Positions 13,053 to 26,664 of a DNA stretch of 64,000 bases are shown piece after piece. Position 1 is the first letter of the stretch. Each line of letters opens with the position of its first letter. A program made the translations under genes and the position numbers. Source of the stretch: Octopus vulgaris (lineage: Eukaryota); contig OX597828.1 in the NCBI GenBank assembly GCA_951406725.2, forward strand, positions 31,124,001 through 31,188,000. Direction: 5' to 3'. A model generated the notes under the pieces. That model made no database searches and was not told where the DNA came from. It worked only from the letters and a program-made list of their open reading frames with translations.

Positions 13053-13812
13053 GGCGCGCTGGCAGAATCGTTAGCACGCTGGACAAATGCTTAGCGGTAT
13101 TTCGTCTGCGTTACGTTGTGAGTTCAAATTCCGCCGAGGTCGACTTTGCCTTTCATCCTTTCGGGGTCGATAAATTAAGTACCAGTTACGCACTGGGGTC
13201 GATGTAATCGACTTAATACCTATGTCTGTCCTTGTTTGTCCCCTCTGTGTTTAGCCCCTTGTGGGTAATAAAGAAATAGGTATTTCGTCTGCGGCTACGT
13301 TCTGAGTTCAAATTCCGCCGAGGTCGACTTTGCCTTCCATTCTTTCGTGGTCGACTTTGCCTTCCATACTTTCGTGGTCGATTAAATAAGTACCAGTTAC
13401 GCACTGGGGTCGATATAATCGACTTAATCTGTGTGTCTGTCCTTGTTTGTCCTCTCTGTGTTTAGCCCCTTGTGAGTAGTAGAGAAATAAGTATTTCGTC
13501 TCCCGCTACATTCTGAGTTCAAATTCGGCCGAGGTCGACTTTGCCTTTCATCCTCTCGGGGTCGATTAAATAAGTACCAAACACGCACTGGAGTCGATAT
13601 AATCGACTTAATCCGTTTGTCTGTCCTTGTTTGTCCTCTCTGTTTTTAGCCCCTTGTGGGTAGTAAAGAAATAGGTATTTCGTCCGTCCTGGCATTCTGA
13701 TTTCTAATTCCGCTGAGTCTGACTTAGCCGTACATTCATTCAACGTTGATAAAATAAGCGCCAGTTGATCACTGGTCTTAATGTACTTTCGCCGAAATTT
13801 GAAACGAATATT
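13053..13812 (+). mobile_element. Tandem SINE multimer: one full young unit, two head-truncated young units, one old terminal unit
   Basis: Units of ~185-225 bp restart at gtatttcgtc after an (a)gaaatag/gaaataa tail near 13280, 13491 and 13675. Confidence 0.93.
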
Positions 13813-15074
13813 TTGTTTGTCACTCTGTGCTGTTCTATAAAATAAATACAACATGGTTCATTCCAAGACTTTTATGAACGATCAACGCTTATTATTAAAA
13901 TATACCTCCGATAAATTTTCATTATGCGATACATTAATAATGCCAAAGTTTATTACTAAGTATAATTTAGAAGGCATCATTGTTGTGAGTATGTTGGTGT
14001 ATTTTTTTGTCACCTCCAAAGCCATACTCTGGGACATCGCGCAGCAACAATCAGGCTATACTGTGATTGATGTGTTATATGTTATATACTGTATGGTAAT
14101 GTTATAAATTATAGAATGCTGTATTCTATTAACTCGTATGAACGGACCACGCATATATCGACTGTTTATCCAAGCAATACGTTCTAACTATGTAATGCCA
14201 ACGTGTACAATGCGTATTGGAATTAGTGTCGAATTATACATGTAACCTGGAAGGGTGTCTTTGTGTCCAACTCAACAACTACAAAGCCTGTATGGGTATA
14301 TGTGTGCCAAAAGACACGTATGTCCCTTAAGGAACACTTACTGACGCGTATACATATAAAAATATAGCTAAGTGCATGAATATGTAGATATGTATGTGTG
14401 TGCGTGTGTGTAGGAACTCATGTTTGTATATATCTGTGTATGTGTGACTATACAAAAAATATGTGTATGCGTGTGCGCGCGTTCGTGTGTGTGTGTGTAT
14501 GTGTGTGTGCGCGCATATGCATATAAATATATATATATATACATGCAGAGAAGTGAACCTAGGGATAAGCATGTTATATTGGTCAATATATAAAGTATAT
14601 CAAATACATGAAATGCAAAGAATGAATGTATGTTTTCATACAAAAAGGCATGACTTACACAGAATAGAAAGGATCTCGAGAATGAAAGGGATTGAAGAAA
14701 ATAGTACAAATCCAACAGCTGTTGCAGGGGTATCAGTGGTCCAAAATGATATTTGTAGATTGATTCCACCTTTGACGCCTCCGTCTTCAAGGAAGAGATT
14801 TTACATTCGAGGTGTTGAAAGAAAAAAGTTCAAACGTGGAAGAGGTCTTTTAAGTCATGTTTCAAGACATCACTCCAGCAATGAACTGTTGTTGGCCAAG
14901 ATGTATGAAGGTGTTGGTTGTTTGTTTGGTACTTGGAGGAATTTTTTGAGGGTCATTTTCTACTTAAATTTCTTTCAGAATAACGTCGAAAAAGCAGTAA
15001 CATTAAAACCTCATTTAAATCAGTCACAAAGTCTAAAACAACAGACGCGCATTTGATGTCTTCGTCCTAAATAG

Positions 15075-15463
15075 AAGTCGGCAAGTTGGCAGAAACGTTA
15101 GCACGCCGGGCGAAATGCTTAGCGGTATTTCGTCTGCGTTACGTTGCGAGTTCAAATTCCGCCGAGGTCGACTTTGCCTTTCATCCTTTCGGGGTCGATA
15201 AATTAAGTACCAGTTACGCACTGGGGTCGATGTAATCGACTTCATACCTATGTCTGTCCTTTTTTTATCCGCTCTGTGTTTAACCCTTTGTGGGTAATAA
15301 AGAAATAGGTATTTCGTCTGTCTTTACGTTCTGAGATCAAATTCCGCCGAATTCCACTATGATCTTCATCCTTTCAGGGTGGATAAATTAAGTACCAGCT
15401 GTGTACTAGTGTCGACTGGTCCTCTCCCGCAAAATTTCAGACTGTACCTATAGTAGAAATAAT
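15075..15463 (+). mobile_element. SINE dimer (young unit plus diverged second unit)
   Basis: The first unit is nearly identical to 13053-13279. The same aaagaaatag|gtatttcgtc junction occurs near 15309. Confidence 0.92.
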
Positions 15464-16254
15464 GCCTTAATCCTATATATACTTCTGAAACAAACGATCG
15501 ACGGTATACATTTGAACGTATTACTTTTGGAATTATTCTGCTCTGGGGCTAACCAACAGAGTCAGAGTAATACATGAAGCAGATAAATTGCTTCAAGTAA
15601 AACCAATATCTCTAATATTTTTAGCAAGGGAGATCCTTTATTTTTAGAATCATAGTTATGCCAAGAATATTAACTGTGTGAGTAAATTGTGGAGCTAAAT
15701 AGAGAAGGAGTAGATCGTAATTGCACATACAGCGCATCTCACTCAGCATTAGAATGTATATAAAAATATCATTTCTTTGAAGTGTAAAATATTCAAATCA
15801 TTATGTATAATTATAATTAAACGAATTTCACAAAATAGAGAGAAAATTGCGGTTAATACCAAATGGTTTGCCTGCTAGCTCAAAATATTTATAGAAAGGT
15901 GTGTATTAAGAGAGTTTAACGCATTCTTCAATACGTTAGGAACATTAATACATATTCCGACAATGGTTATTAAGTATCTCGAATTAAAACATTGACTATG
16001 TTCAAAAATCAATACCTCTGTTCAGTTAGACACACCGTGTATGGAGATGGATTTTAAACATGCATAGAATTTAGCATAATGTTTTACTGATAATTAACAC
16101 GATTTTACATTGCAGTACACACGTTTATGGCATTATCGAATTCTCTTTTACTGGGAGTATTTTATTTCGACGCTCAAAGTACACCATATTAAAAATGTAT
16201 GAGGCAGCTGCGTGCGCACATTGAAATTTGAAACGAAAATAGCTGTGTTAAGCT

Positions 16255-16490
16255 TCGTTTATATTGGTTTCGAATTTTAGCACAAAACCAGCAATTTTGT
16301 GGGAGGTGATAAGTCGATAACATCGATCCAAATACTTAACTGTTATTTCTTTTATCGACCGCTCATCAAACAAATGAAAGGTAAGAACGTCTTCGCAGGA
16401 ATTTCAACACGGACGGTAACGACGGACAAAATACTTCTCAGCATTTTGTCCGGTGCGGTAAAGGCTCAGCTAGCTCGCCATCCTGAAATC
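16255..16490 (-). mobile_element. Degenerate SINE (Nin/Deu-type, extended)
   Basis: Minus-strand head ggcgagctagctgag...cggacaaaatgc and core ctttcatttg...ggtcgataaaag. Confidence 0.75.
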
Positions 16491-16659
16491 AATGTGTGCC
16501 GAATCTCAACTGTAAACGTATTTAATTCATACCTAAACACGGAGGAAAGTCATGTTATGCATGTGCATACTCATGTGTATATGTGTACGAATATATATAC
16601 ATGAACATACATGTACAATTATACATACATACACACATATATACATATATATATTATAG

Positions 16660-17251
16660 ACATGGCACAAACATTTCCTTCGATCAGCCAGAAGTTTCGT
16701 GATGGTATTTCAGCGAGAGTTACACTCGGCGGTGAAGCTATGTAACCTTTTAATATCTTAGTGGAGGCAAATACACGTCCTCGCCTCTGTACTGTTTAAT
16801 ATTCACCTGTTGGTTGTAGCCATTCTTTCCAGGAGACAATTCACCGAAGAAGACGGTCTTCATACCAGGTACCACTTTGATGGCATCATCCTTAACACTG
16901 GACGCCTCAAAATATCAAAATTCCACTCAAACATGAAGTGCAAATTTCAGCCTACTGACGATTCACCTGAATACACTCAACGTCCTTAGCATATTAAACA
17001 ATTAAAAGATGCCATTGGTCAAGAAATTACTGCCATTCCACATGAAATGACCTGTCGAGTTATGGACAACTTTCGTGTACGCCTTCGACAGTGTGTAGAG
17101 AGTAACGGCACCCACGTCACTGATTTAATTTTGAAACCAAACGAAACAAAAGGCATTATATGTACGTTTCGGAAATGAAAACACTTTTCCGTTTTTAACT
17201 CTATTTTTCTTTTATTAAACCTACATATATGTCAGATCATTTTGTTTCACC

Positions 17252-17255
<4 letters not shown>
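16660..17255 (+). mobile_element. Tc1/mariner-superfamily remnant (rosa/maT-like C-terminus) with right TIR
   Basis: Encodes IKQLKDAIGQEITAIPHEMTCRVMDNFRVRLRQCVESNGTHV and ends ...tcattttgtttcaccctg followed by TA. Confidence 0.75.
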
Positions 17256-17333
<78 letters not shown>

Positions 17334-17396
17334 TTATTTTATAGAAGAAGCTTCTACAGGACTAGAACTGTTTCATTCAGATGAACTCTTCAGGAA

Positions 17397-17456
<60 letters not shown>
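17255..17456. repeat. (TA)n microsatellite split by a ~70-bp hammerhead-bearing insert
   Basis: TA runs at 17255-17328 and 17399-17456 flank unique sequence. Confidence 0.95.
17350..17398 (-). ncRNA. Type I hammerhead ribozyme motif
   Basis: Minus strand: GCTTC-CTGAAGA-GTTC(ATCT)GAAT-GAAA-CAG(TTCTAGTC)CTG-TA-GAAGC. All core nucleotides are present, stems I-III pair, and the cleavage triplet is GUA. Confidence 0.8.
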
Positions 17457-17458
<2 letters not shown>

Positions 17459-17827
17459 CAATAATATAAGTGTGTGTATCTTTGTGTTACGTGTATGTGT
17501 AAGGGGCATACTTGAATAGTAAAGAATTCGAGTCGCAATTGCAAATATTACGCGTCAACTACAGTTATTTGGAAGCAATGGAAACACCTCGATTACACTT
17601 GTGTGCAATGAAGCAGTATAAGAATTCGTCAAATGGATTATAACTATAATTCAAATGACCATACGGCCTCATTGCTTATTATATTCCCCGATGCCCAATG
17701 CAAGTAACAATAACGCTAAAATTGCTTCAGGAACGTTCAACTCTTGATACGAAAATTCAATAAACAGACGAAGTTTACATGATGGAACAACTGACATCTC
17801 ACTGTCAAAACCAATAAAATCGTATTA

Positions 17828-17992
<165 letters not shown>

Positions 17993-18537
17993 GTCATTGT
18001 GTGTGTGTATCAATGCGTGTATGTATACACATGCACATGTTTATGCCTCGAGACACCCCTTATATTTGAAATATAGAATAAGCAGATACACCTTCGTATT
18101 TTGATGCATTTGCCCATGACAGAATTTGTACTGCATAGTAAAACCTACACCGTGTTATTGATTCTGGTATACTTAAGTAATTATTCACTATGCCTAAAAA
18201 ATACGGGTATCTTAAATTGATTTTATATAACCGGGAAGAGAAAGGTATGAAGATCTGCTTTAAGCTGGAAGTTTTCAGTTTTATATCAAGTATAGCCTTC
18301 TTTCAGAATCACTGTTACCATTAGGCACAATTCCAGCAATACTAATCGCAATAGGCTAGTCGATTACACCAACCCTTGTTCTGCATTGTACTTTACCTTC
18401 CCGACTGTAAAACGATATACGCCAAATTTGACCTCGGTGCTTTTGAACTGAAATCGTAAATAGTCAATAATACCGCTAATATTTTGTTCTTCGCCAACGT
18501 TCTGACAGCTGTTTGACTAATATTTTGTTTCTCCTTT

Positions 18538-18758
18538 AAGGCGGTCAGCGTACAGAATCCTTAGAATTCCGGACAAAATGTTTAGTGGCATTTCGTCCCT
18601 GTTAACGTTCCGATTTCAAATTCCACCGAATTCGACTTTACTTCTCATCCTTTCGAGGTCGATAAAATACGTAACGGTCGATAACTGGAACCAATGAAAT
18701 TAACTAAACCCCATTCTACGAATTTGATGGCCCTGTGGCAAAATTCAAAACTAATAAT
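18538..18758 (+). mobile_element. Degenerate SINE (Nin/Deu-type); a more decayed minus-strand copy lies at ~18330-18530
   Basis: aaggcggtcagc head, tttcaaattccacc, and ctcatcctttcgaggtcgataaaa core. Confidence 0.8.
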
Positions 18759-18840
18759 TTGTTTCACCTATGAACAAAAGCCTCGGATTTTTGAAGGAGA
18801 AGGTTAGTTGGTCACGGTCACCCTAGTCATCAACAGTTAC

Positions 18841-19880
18841 TTCGAGTGGTCCAAAACCTTGATTAATCTATCGGAGAAGGTTTTTGACTGGTTGCACAGA
18901 CATTTATACACAGTTTCATGAGCTTCATTGTACCAAATCGATGGCTTAGTATAGGATATTTGAGAAGGCCAAAGAAGTGTTACTCAGAAGAGGCGAAATA
19001 TGATCTGCATGCAGGGTGTCCCAGCTACTCGAAACAGTTTTTTAATGGTTTCAGTGGTCCGAACTATCGTATATCGGGGTGCATTTTCGTGCAACATTAA
19101 CACGCGATTTGACAGTGGACCCCAACGTTTGGTGCGATTTGCTGATTTCAGTTTGCTGGCCAGTATTTCACAGGTGAATGTAAATCTTTTCCAGATAGTG
19201 GTTCAGTTCAGGCCCTTTTGCTTCCCGAATATTGACTAGCATCCCTTTTTCTGCGCTGAGTCGTGTCTTAAATTTAAGTTTCGCTGGGAATTTAGGATCT
19301 TCCCGCACCATACTTTGTCGCTTGGATACTGGCTCAAAGGGATGGACCGAGTTTTCGTATGCCGTAAAATAGATTCGCCTTCATTGTTTTTCGTCGAGAA
19401 AATATTGACTAAATTCAATATGATCGCACTTATGCGCTTCGCTAACCTCTCTTGGCACATATGTCATACAGCCTTTACGGAAGCGAAGCTTTTTGTGGAT
19501 GATTGCGTGTGCAGAATCATGAGTAATTTGCAGAGAACATGTTACGTCATAGATGGTCACTCATCGGTGCATCAGAGCAATCTCACGAGTTTTTTTTAAA
19601 TCTTCACGTCAAATTTGGAGGGTAATGGGAATCTTGCTCATGATTTTTTTCGGCCATTTGAAATTTTATCGATCCAGTCAAACACGCTTCTACGCTTCTC
19701 AGGCCAGAGATTTATGTTCGTACTAAGTGCAGATCGCTAGCGGAACGGCTAAGCATATTCTGTAAAAAAGAAAACCAGATCGATGATGGTGCAAATTCGG
19801 CTACGTAACCACATCTTTACCTGTGAGTATGGCGAACCTAAAGTTAATTTTTCGGAAGAGCGGATAAATTTTGGTTGGAC
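18841..19880 (-). mobile_element. Decayed mariner transposon
   Basis: Minus strand reads HPACRSYFASSE*HFFGLL (HPPYSPDLAPSDYHLFG motif) at ~18960-19020 and ERLAKRISAII in the HTH region. Many stops. Confidence 0.75.
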
Positions 19881-20999
19881 AAAGGAAACACAAAGACGAT
19901 TGGAGGAGCAACTAAATGTAGTAGCAGAAATATCTGGAATTTGAATATTACAAACGTGTACGTGGGGCGATGTATACGATAGTTTATAAAATATGTAATA
20001 TCCGACAAAAGTAATGAATGGTTATCACTGGATTATCTTTTTCACTGGGGAATAATTTAGAAATAAATATAATGTGCCTGAGATTTTAGAATCGATTCTC
20101 AGTATTTTCAAACTATTAAATAAGGATATGACCTTCATTTGCTTCTTATATCTCCAGCTTTTGAGATAACGCAATTAATGCTACTGGGGACCTAAATTTT
20201 CCTAAATTAGTCTAATATGTCGATTACCGAATTCCGCATTCTCTGGTGTAACACATATCTGTGTAGATATGCATGACTGGGAGAAACCACAATAACATTT
20301 CGAAAAAAATCAAAGATTATGTATTTTGAAAAAAAATTGAATCATGATAGGCTGCAATATATAGCGTTACAATTTTCACGAATTTCCTCACAGCATAGCA
20401 ACACAAGTAAAATAGAGCAAACACTCTGATTTGCTGATATCGTTAATGTAGATTTAGCTTTCTATAATCTGAATAAGTTTTACTGAGACTAAGCTTATAA
20501 TTTAATATTTGAAGTTTATTTCAAAGAAAATTATAGAAACAAGGACGATAGAGTTAAAAGTTACAGAATTAATTTAGTAAAATATCTAATTTTACGTTAA
20601 ACAGACATGAGTAGCATAAAGCAGGAAAGAAAAGATAACTGAGATGAAGATATATCCTAAGGATACCGTTCCATGAGACACACATTCTACAAATCTCATA
20701 ATATGTCAAAAATGGCAGAGATATGATGCTAAAAAGCCGTGAAAAATTTATTCTTGCATACGATCGTTTTGTACAAAGATATAAATTCCTTTTTGAAAAT
20801 AGCAAAATACTTATCAGTGCAGAAAAAAAGAACTTAAAAAAGAGCAGATGTGTTGGACCTATGAGTTTCATGTCTATATTTATCCTATCCCTGTGTAATT
20901 GTGGTAGGGGTCATGCCAATTATTAAACAACAACTAACGGAAGAATGTTTAGGGGATTATATAAATATAGAAATATCGATAATATTCTCTCTAAAGATT

Positions 21000-21620
21000 A
21001 TTATAGTTTGGCTAATTATAACTTCATTTATGAAGTATAGGGCGATGTAGAGAAATGTCCAATGAGAAAGCGGTAACTAATGTAAATTAAATCTAACTGT
21101 AGAAACCAATACTTGGTATTTTATAAGAATAATCATAAAAAGATGACAAAATGTTTAGCGTTGAAGAATTAGGTTTATAATGCCTATAGTAGGAAGTTTA
21201 TGTAGTCAGTGATCAAAAGTGTAGGAGGAGAAGAAGGAATTTGACAGAATGAAGTGGAATACTAAGGACTCGTGTTTAGGGCAATTTCAAGTGATAATAA
21301 AAAAGGATAAAATTAGGAAAAATACGATAGCAATTATGAAAATTATGGTTGTATTCTACATGCATAGTCTACTGTTAAGAAAAGTTAAAAACAAAACAAT
21401 TTAGAAGATGTAGTAAGAAAAATATAGAAGAAATAATGTTATAAATTAGAGAGGGGGAAAAGAAAACGAAATTAGTCTCGAGTAGGGAAGATAAATAAGA
21501 ATAAGTATTGAGTATTTTGGAGATGTTGGAGAAAAGTGAATGTTAAAAGAGGGGAAAATGAATGAAAAAGAGACGTTAATCAGAAATTTAATAAATATAT
21601 ATGGATAATGCTACAAAATG

Positions 21621-21673
<53 letters not shown>

Positions 21674-21738
21674 TATAGATATATAATGTTGTCAATACTA
21701 TTTTTCGTGCCGAGTACTTTAGGAGAAACAGAGGGTGT

Positions 21739-21772
<34 letters not shown>

Positions 21773-22310
21773 TACGGTTTTGTACATGAAAATCATACAG
21801 TAATACTTTACTATAAGTACTTGTATGTTTATAAATATAGAGGGAATGAATAGACAATAATGGACACTGATGTAATAATACACCGAAAAATACGATTATA
21901 CAAATGTGTACCTCAAATACTAAAATAGTAGGCAGATACTATTATATACAGATAACCTATATTGTTGTACATACACTTCCATTTTAGTTTTTAAAAAAAT
22001 TCATGAAAACTATAGTGGTGTTTTTGGTGTAAATATAGGTTATTATGTGAAGAAACCCAAAAGTACATAGTTCTAACATATATATATACATATAAAGATA
22101 ATGATATATAATATATGAACGATATGGAGGGATGGTATATAAGATTAATTCTGTGTAATAATTATAGATTGGAATGCTTATGTACGTATGTGAGAAGTAT
22201 TTGGCTATATAAGGAATATATGATCGTAATGAATAATAATACACTTTATATAGGTTCAGTGCATGTATATATTATAATAAGTATGATTTTTGGGTAAATG
22301 TATGTATCTA
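21000..22310 (+). mobile_element. Possible very old Penelope-like element remnant
   Basis: Purine-rich tract with KSNCRNQYLVFYKNNH (resembles the PLE K.TD..QYL.F.S.H motif). It lies just upstream of the hammerhead cassette at 22491. Weak. Confidence 0.25.
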
Positions 22311-22335
22311 TTTCCTTCTATAATTTAATCATACA

Positions 22336-22399
<64 letters not shown>

Positions 22400-22490
22400 T
22401 ATATTGATAAAATGGTAAAACAACAAAAGAATGGAAGAGATACTTCGATATTATATAAATAGAAGAATTTATCTATAGCATTGTGTACGT

Positions 22491-22564
22491 TAGCCAGATA
22501 ACTGAAGAGATGGCGGCGTGGATTTCCACCCCGGCATCCGAAACTCGGAGTTTTATCATGGCTA
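22491..22564 (+). ncRNA. Type I hammerhead ribozyme motif with long stems I and II
   Basis: TAGCCAGATAA-CTGAAGA-GATGGCGGCGTGGA(TT)TCCACCCCGGCATCC-GAAA-CTCGGAG-TT-TTATC(A)TGGCTA. Core intact, near-palindromic stem III, GUU triplet. It sits in a ~190-bp cassette flanked by (TA)n. Confidence 0.78.
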
Positions 22565-22669
22565 TCGAATAGTTGTCTCATATTACATTTACATATATAT
22601 ATATATATCAACAGATGAGATCGATGTTCCTTCTTCCGTCTTTCATTTACCATATATATATTATTTATT

Positions 22670-23230
22670 ATTTACTTGAACACGACGCATCTATTTGCAC
22701 CTTTTTGAAGCGACTCTACTCTACACATTTCTGTTCCACTTTCCTTCTCTAATTTCCTTTTTCTCTTTCTCCCTCCTCCACAGTCTTCTACCCATCTCTC
22801 ACTCTCCCCACAGTTTCTTTTTCTTTCTATCTCTCTTTGCTCATATGTGACCATTATCCATCTTTCTTTTCGTCACGTGACTATTTTTTCTTTTCCTGCA
22901 CGGGCTTCTATCGTTTCTCTTTTCAAAACATATCTCCCCCACCGTTCACTATTTTCTTCTCATTCTGGTTTAACGAACTTCCATGTTTGTTTTCGTTTAG
23001 TTTCCTTGATGTCTCCACTAACCTGTTTTTATTCCCAACTTTGACCCTCTATAAATCCTTAATTTCATTTTAGAATTTACTGGAGCAACTGTCTTTTGAA
23101 GACTCATATTGAATGCTCGAAATGAGGAGTAGATTGACAGCCGACAAGTGAGGAGGAGTCATTTCTTTGTATTTATTTGTCCTGTTTCTCATTTATCTTG
23201 TTGTTTATGTAGCTAACCAGTTTTTTTTAT
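22670..23230 (+). mobile_element. Pyrimidine-rich repeat, possibly a Penelope pLTR-like remnant, with a degenerate hammerhead-like motif at 23089-23140
   Basis: CTGTC-tTTGAAGA-...GAATGCTC-GAAA-...TT-GACAG. The 3' part (tgacagccgac) resembles 8470-8490 (tggcagccggt), which also follows a pyrimidine tract. Confidence 0.35.
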
Positions 23231-23285
23231 GTATTTCATGTTATTTTACCGTTAGTGACATCCTGTATACTCATATGCATGTATG

Positions 23286-23334
<49 letters not shown>

Positions 23335-24763
23335 GTATATGAGTGTGTGTGTGTGTGTGTGTGAGAGAGAGATAGAGCAATATGTAGTGGCAGAAAAGTG
23401 TTTCATTGATATACATATACATATATATATATATACACAGACGCACATAATATGTTTGTGTGTGTAAGGGGTGCGGGCGCGCGGGTGTACTGGTGGCTAA
23501 TATAACATAGATAGATAGTGAGACGTATACGCACACACACCCAAACACACACACATATCTACACACACACACACACACACATACACACAGGCACACGCGC
23601 GCGCACACATGTGTATGAGACAGAGCAACATGTGTTGGTATAAATATGTGGTAGGATAAAAGCGTTTTAATGACCTGAAATCTAAAAATTGTCGAAAACG
23701 AAAGTGAAAGCCAACACACAAGAGATTTCCGTACTCTTAAAGTGATTGATATCTAAATAAATTATATATTGCTATTTCTACAAATAATTCTAAATAGATC
23801 TAAATGATGGTTGTATGAAAATGAAAATTAATGTTACTCATAATCAATATTACTGAGATTTTATTGTCTTTTGTATATTAAATCATTTTATAATCTATTA
23901 TATCCAATATTTATATATGAAATTGCAAATCTACATCCATACATATAAACAAGATCTCAGTACTTTCTCCTGACTCTGAACATTTTCATTGAATCAGATG
24001 ATTTTTGCAAAACATCGTTATAAATACACAAACGCATTATATATAATTTCCCTAACCTACCGAATGTCAATATATGTGTGTGAGTGTGTGAATGTGTGTG
24101 TGTGCGCGCATTTCTGTGGAAAGTATCTCTTCTTTTCCTTGTTATTCTGCTGCAGTCACTATCGATGCAAATTGCTCTTATTGCATTATAAATAGTAGAT
24201 CATTCTTGATTTTGTTTCTTTCTGATTTTTAAGTCTACTCTGGCAATGTTTGGAGCAGTTACTGGCGGTTGAAAAAGGAGCGCTGTCTCAAAGACAAAAG
24301 AGTCGTTAAATATTTCTAATATTTTTTTCATTTATTGCGAGATTCATTGATAGTACATTAACGATGATTTCTTTCTAGCAATGTTGAAAATTTGGGGCAT
24401 CCGCGTATAAATATTCAGACTACCATTTATGTAATGATAAGTCTATATTATACAATTCTAGTCCGAGCAGGGGGATACACGTGGTTGGAAAGGGTCACTT
24501 AGGAGGTCGTAGATGTGAGACGGAAAATGTCCAGACAATGGGCGTAAGATTAAAATAACAACCATAATAAACGATTGAAGAACGAATATATAGTGCGTAT
24601 GTTTATTTGGCAAAGAAAAAAGGACCATTCCCAAATAATACAATATTTGTTTCAACATGCGATTTTACAACAGATATCTTGGAAATTAAATTCATAAACG
24701 TATATGTATATACATACATACATACATACATACATACATGCATACATATATATACATACATAC

Positions 24764-24806
<43 letters not shown>

Positions 24807-26001
24807 AAAACACACACAACGCACGTGCACACAAGCACCCACGCATACGCGCACGCACAAGTACCCACACATGCACGCACACACATCCATCCACACAAGC
24901 ACGCACATATATAATTTATTATTCCATTATTCCACTTATAAATGTGCCCCATCCAGTGAAAGATGAGTATTATTGCATTATGTAATGTGCACTATAAGAG
25001 GATTAAGTGTTACTAATTGTTCGTTACCATTGTAACACGTGATCAGACCGGTTTTATAACAGGCTTTTTAACTCCAAGCATTTTTAATGCCCTGAGAAGC
25101 TGCTGTGTCCGATTTGAAAATGAGGTGCAGCACATGAGAAACCGGTAGAAGGAATGAGAAGAAAAGATTTATGAGTAGAATGAGAGGTAATGGATGAAAG
25201 AAACGCTAGAAATGGAAGACGGAAAATTAGCGCTACGTATCCTTGGATAAAGCCTATATTGTTTTGCGAATGGGGTGAGTTTTCTTCACTAGCAGCTGAT
25301 TAACACACGCCCGAGACGGTGTATACCACGTACAGCTAGGGATGTTAATGATGACCTCCCCTCACAAATACTAATCGGACACAGATTGTGCGCCGTTAGT
25401 CAGCTGGAAGAGATGTCTTCCTGGGACTATATACAATAGTAATTCTGTCCCGTATAGGACGCAACACCTGATTGACAATTATATGCTGCGATTCTGTATT
25501 GATACTGTTTATATGTCACTCAGAAATTTAATATAGATTATTTCTCCTTTTTCGAGACCAGTGACGCTTTGTCACTGGAAAAAGTATATAGTATTTTGCG
25601 AGTGGTGTGAGTTTTCATCCCAAGCGGTCCATATATTTTTCAGCTCGCACACCAATACATACTGACGCATTCGCCCTCATTCATACATACACTCTCACAC
25701 ACAGCATTCTCACATACATACATGCGATTGTGTAAATTCGTTCGGCCGTTTCACCATTATTATTTCCCTTTCATTTAGCCTCATTCTTCCGGCCATTTCA
25801 TCATGTTGAATCATTAATCCCTACGCACTTCTTTCTCTCTCGATTTTTTTTTTCATTCTCTCTCCTTTTTTACCCTCCTAAACCTTTCTTTCGGAGAGCA
25901 TAGGCTTAAAGCGTAAAAGATTTGTCCAGTCTTCCCGTGAGTTAAACTAATACACCTGCTTTTTGTTCCAACACCTGTCTTCGTCTTTCGTTTATGTAAA
26001 T

Positions 26002-26027
26002 TTTCTCTCTCTCTCTCTCTCTCTCTC

Positions 26028-26059
<32 letters not shown>

Positions 26060-26154
26060 GATATACATTGATAGAGGGATAGATAGACAGATTGACAGAT
26101 AGATATATAGATAGTTAGATACATCTAGCTAGATAGATAGATAAATAGATAGAT

Positions 26155-26195
<41 letters not shown>

Positions 26196-26196
26196 T

Positions 26197-26231
<35 letters not shown>

Positions 26232-26232
26232 C
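26002..26232. repeat. Compound (TC)n(CA)n(GATA)n microsatellite
   Basis: Direct inspection. Confidence 0.95.
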
Positions 26233-26664
26233 AGCTGGCTTTCTTTGATACCCGATCTGGTATTTCGAACTCCGTATTAGGTATAGTTTATTATATAACC
26301 TCATCTTTCTTTAAATTCCTAATTTCTAAGTAGTACTCTACTATCACTACCATATTTTTCCTATGCAGGCCGACCATCCTAATATTACAAGCGGTCCCCA
26401 CTAGCCCATACACATTTTCGTAACTAAAGCAATACCCTACATATTCCCACTTCACGCCGAACACTACAATTCCATAAAAGTTCGATCTTATTATTCGATT
26501 ACCTTGTTACTCTCCTCCAAATTTCAACGAACATCCACAGACACTCCTAAATTATGTGTATCTCCGCCTGTCTCCCTTTGACCTTTAAACTTAGCTAGGA
26601 AACCCCACATACCGACCCTATGCCTAATTGGTTTGAATACCTTTATTTTTCTTCACCTTCACCT

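Noticed and set aside
13053-13812. tRNA genes or a CRISPR-like array
   Set aside because: These are SINE heads with A/B boxes but no full cloverleaf. The repeats are ~200-bp units without unique spacers, in eukaryotic DNA.
14463-15056. 197-aa ORF
   Set aside because: It starts in a microsatellite and has no recognisable domain. At most it is an antisense LINE remnant.
21665-21745. TA-flanked cassette with GTAC.TCG.GCAC-GAAA on the minus strand
   Set aside because: No CUGANGA core and no stem I, so too degenerate to call.
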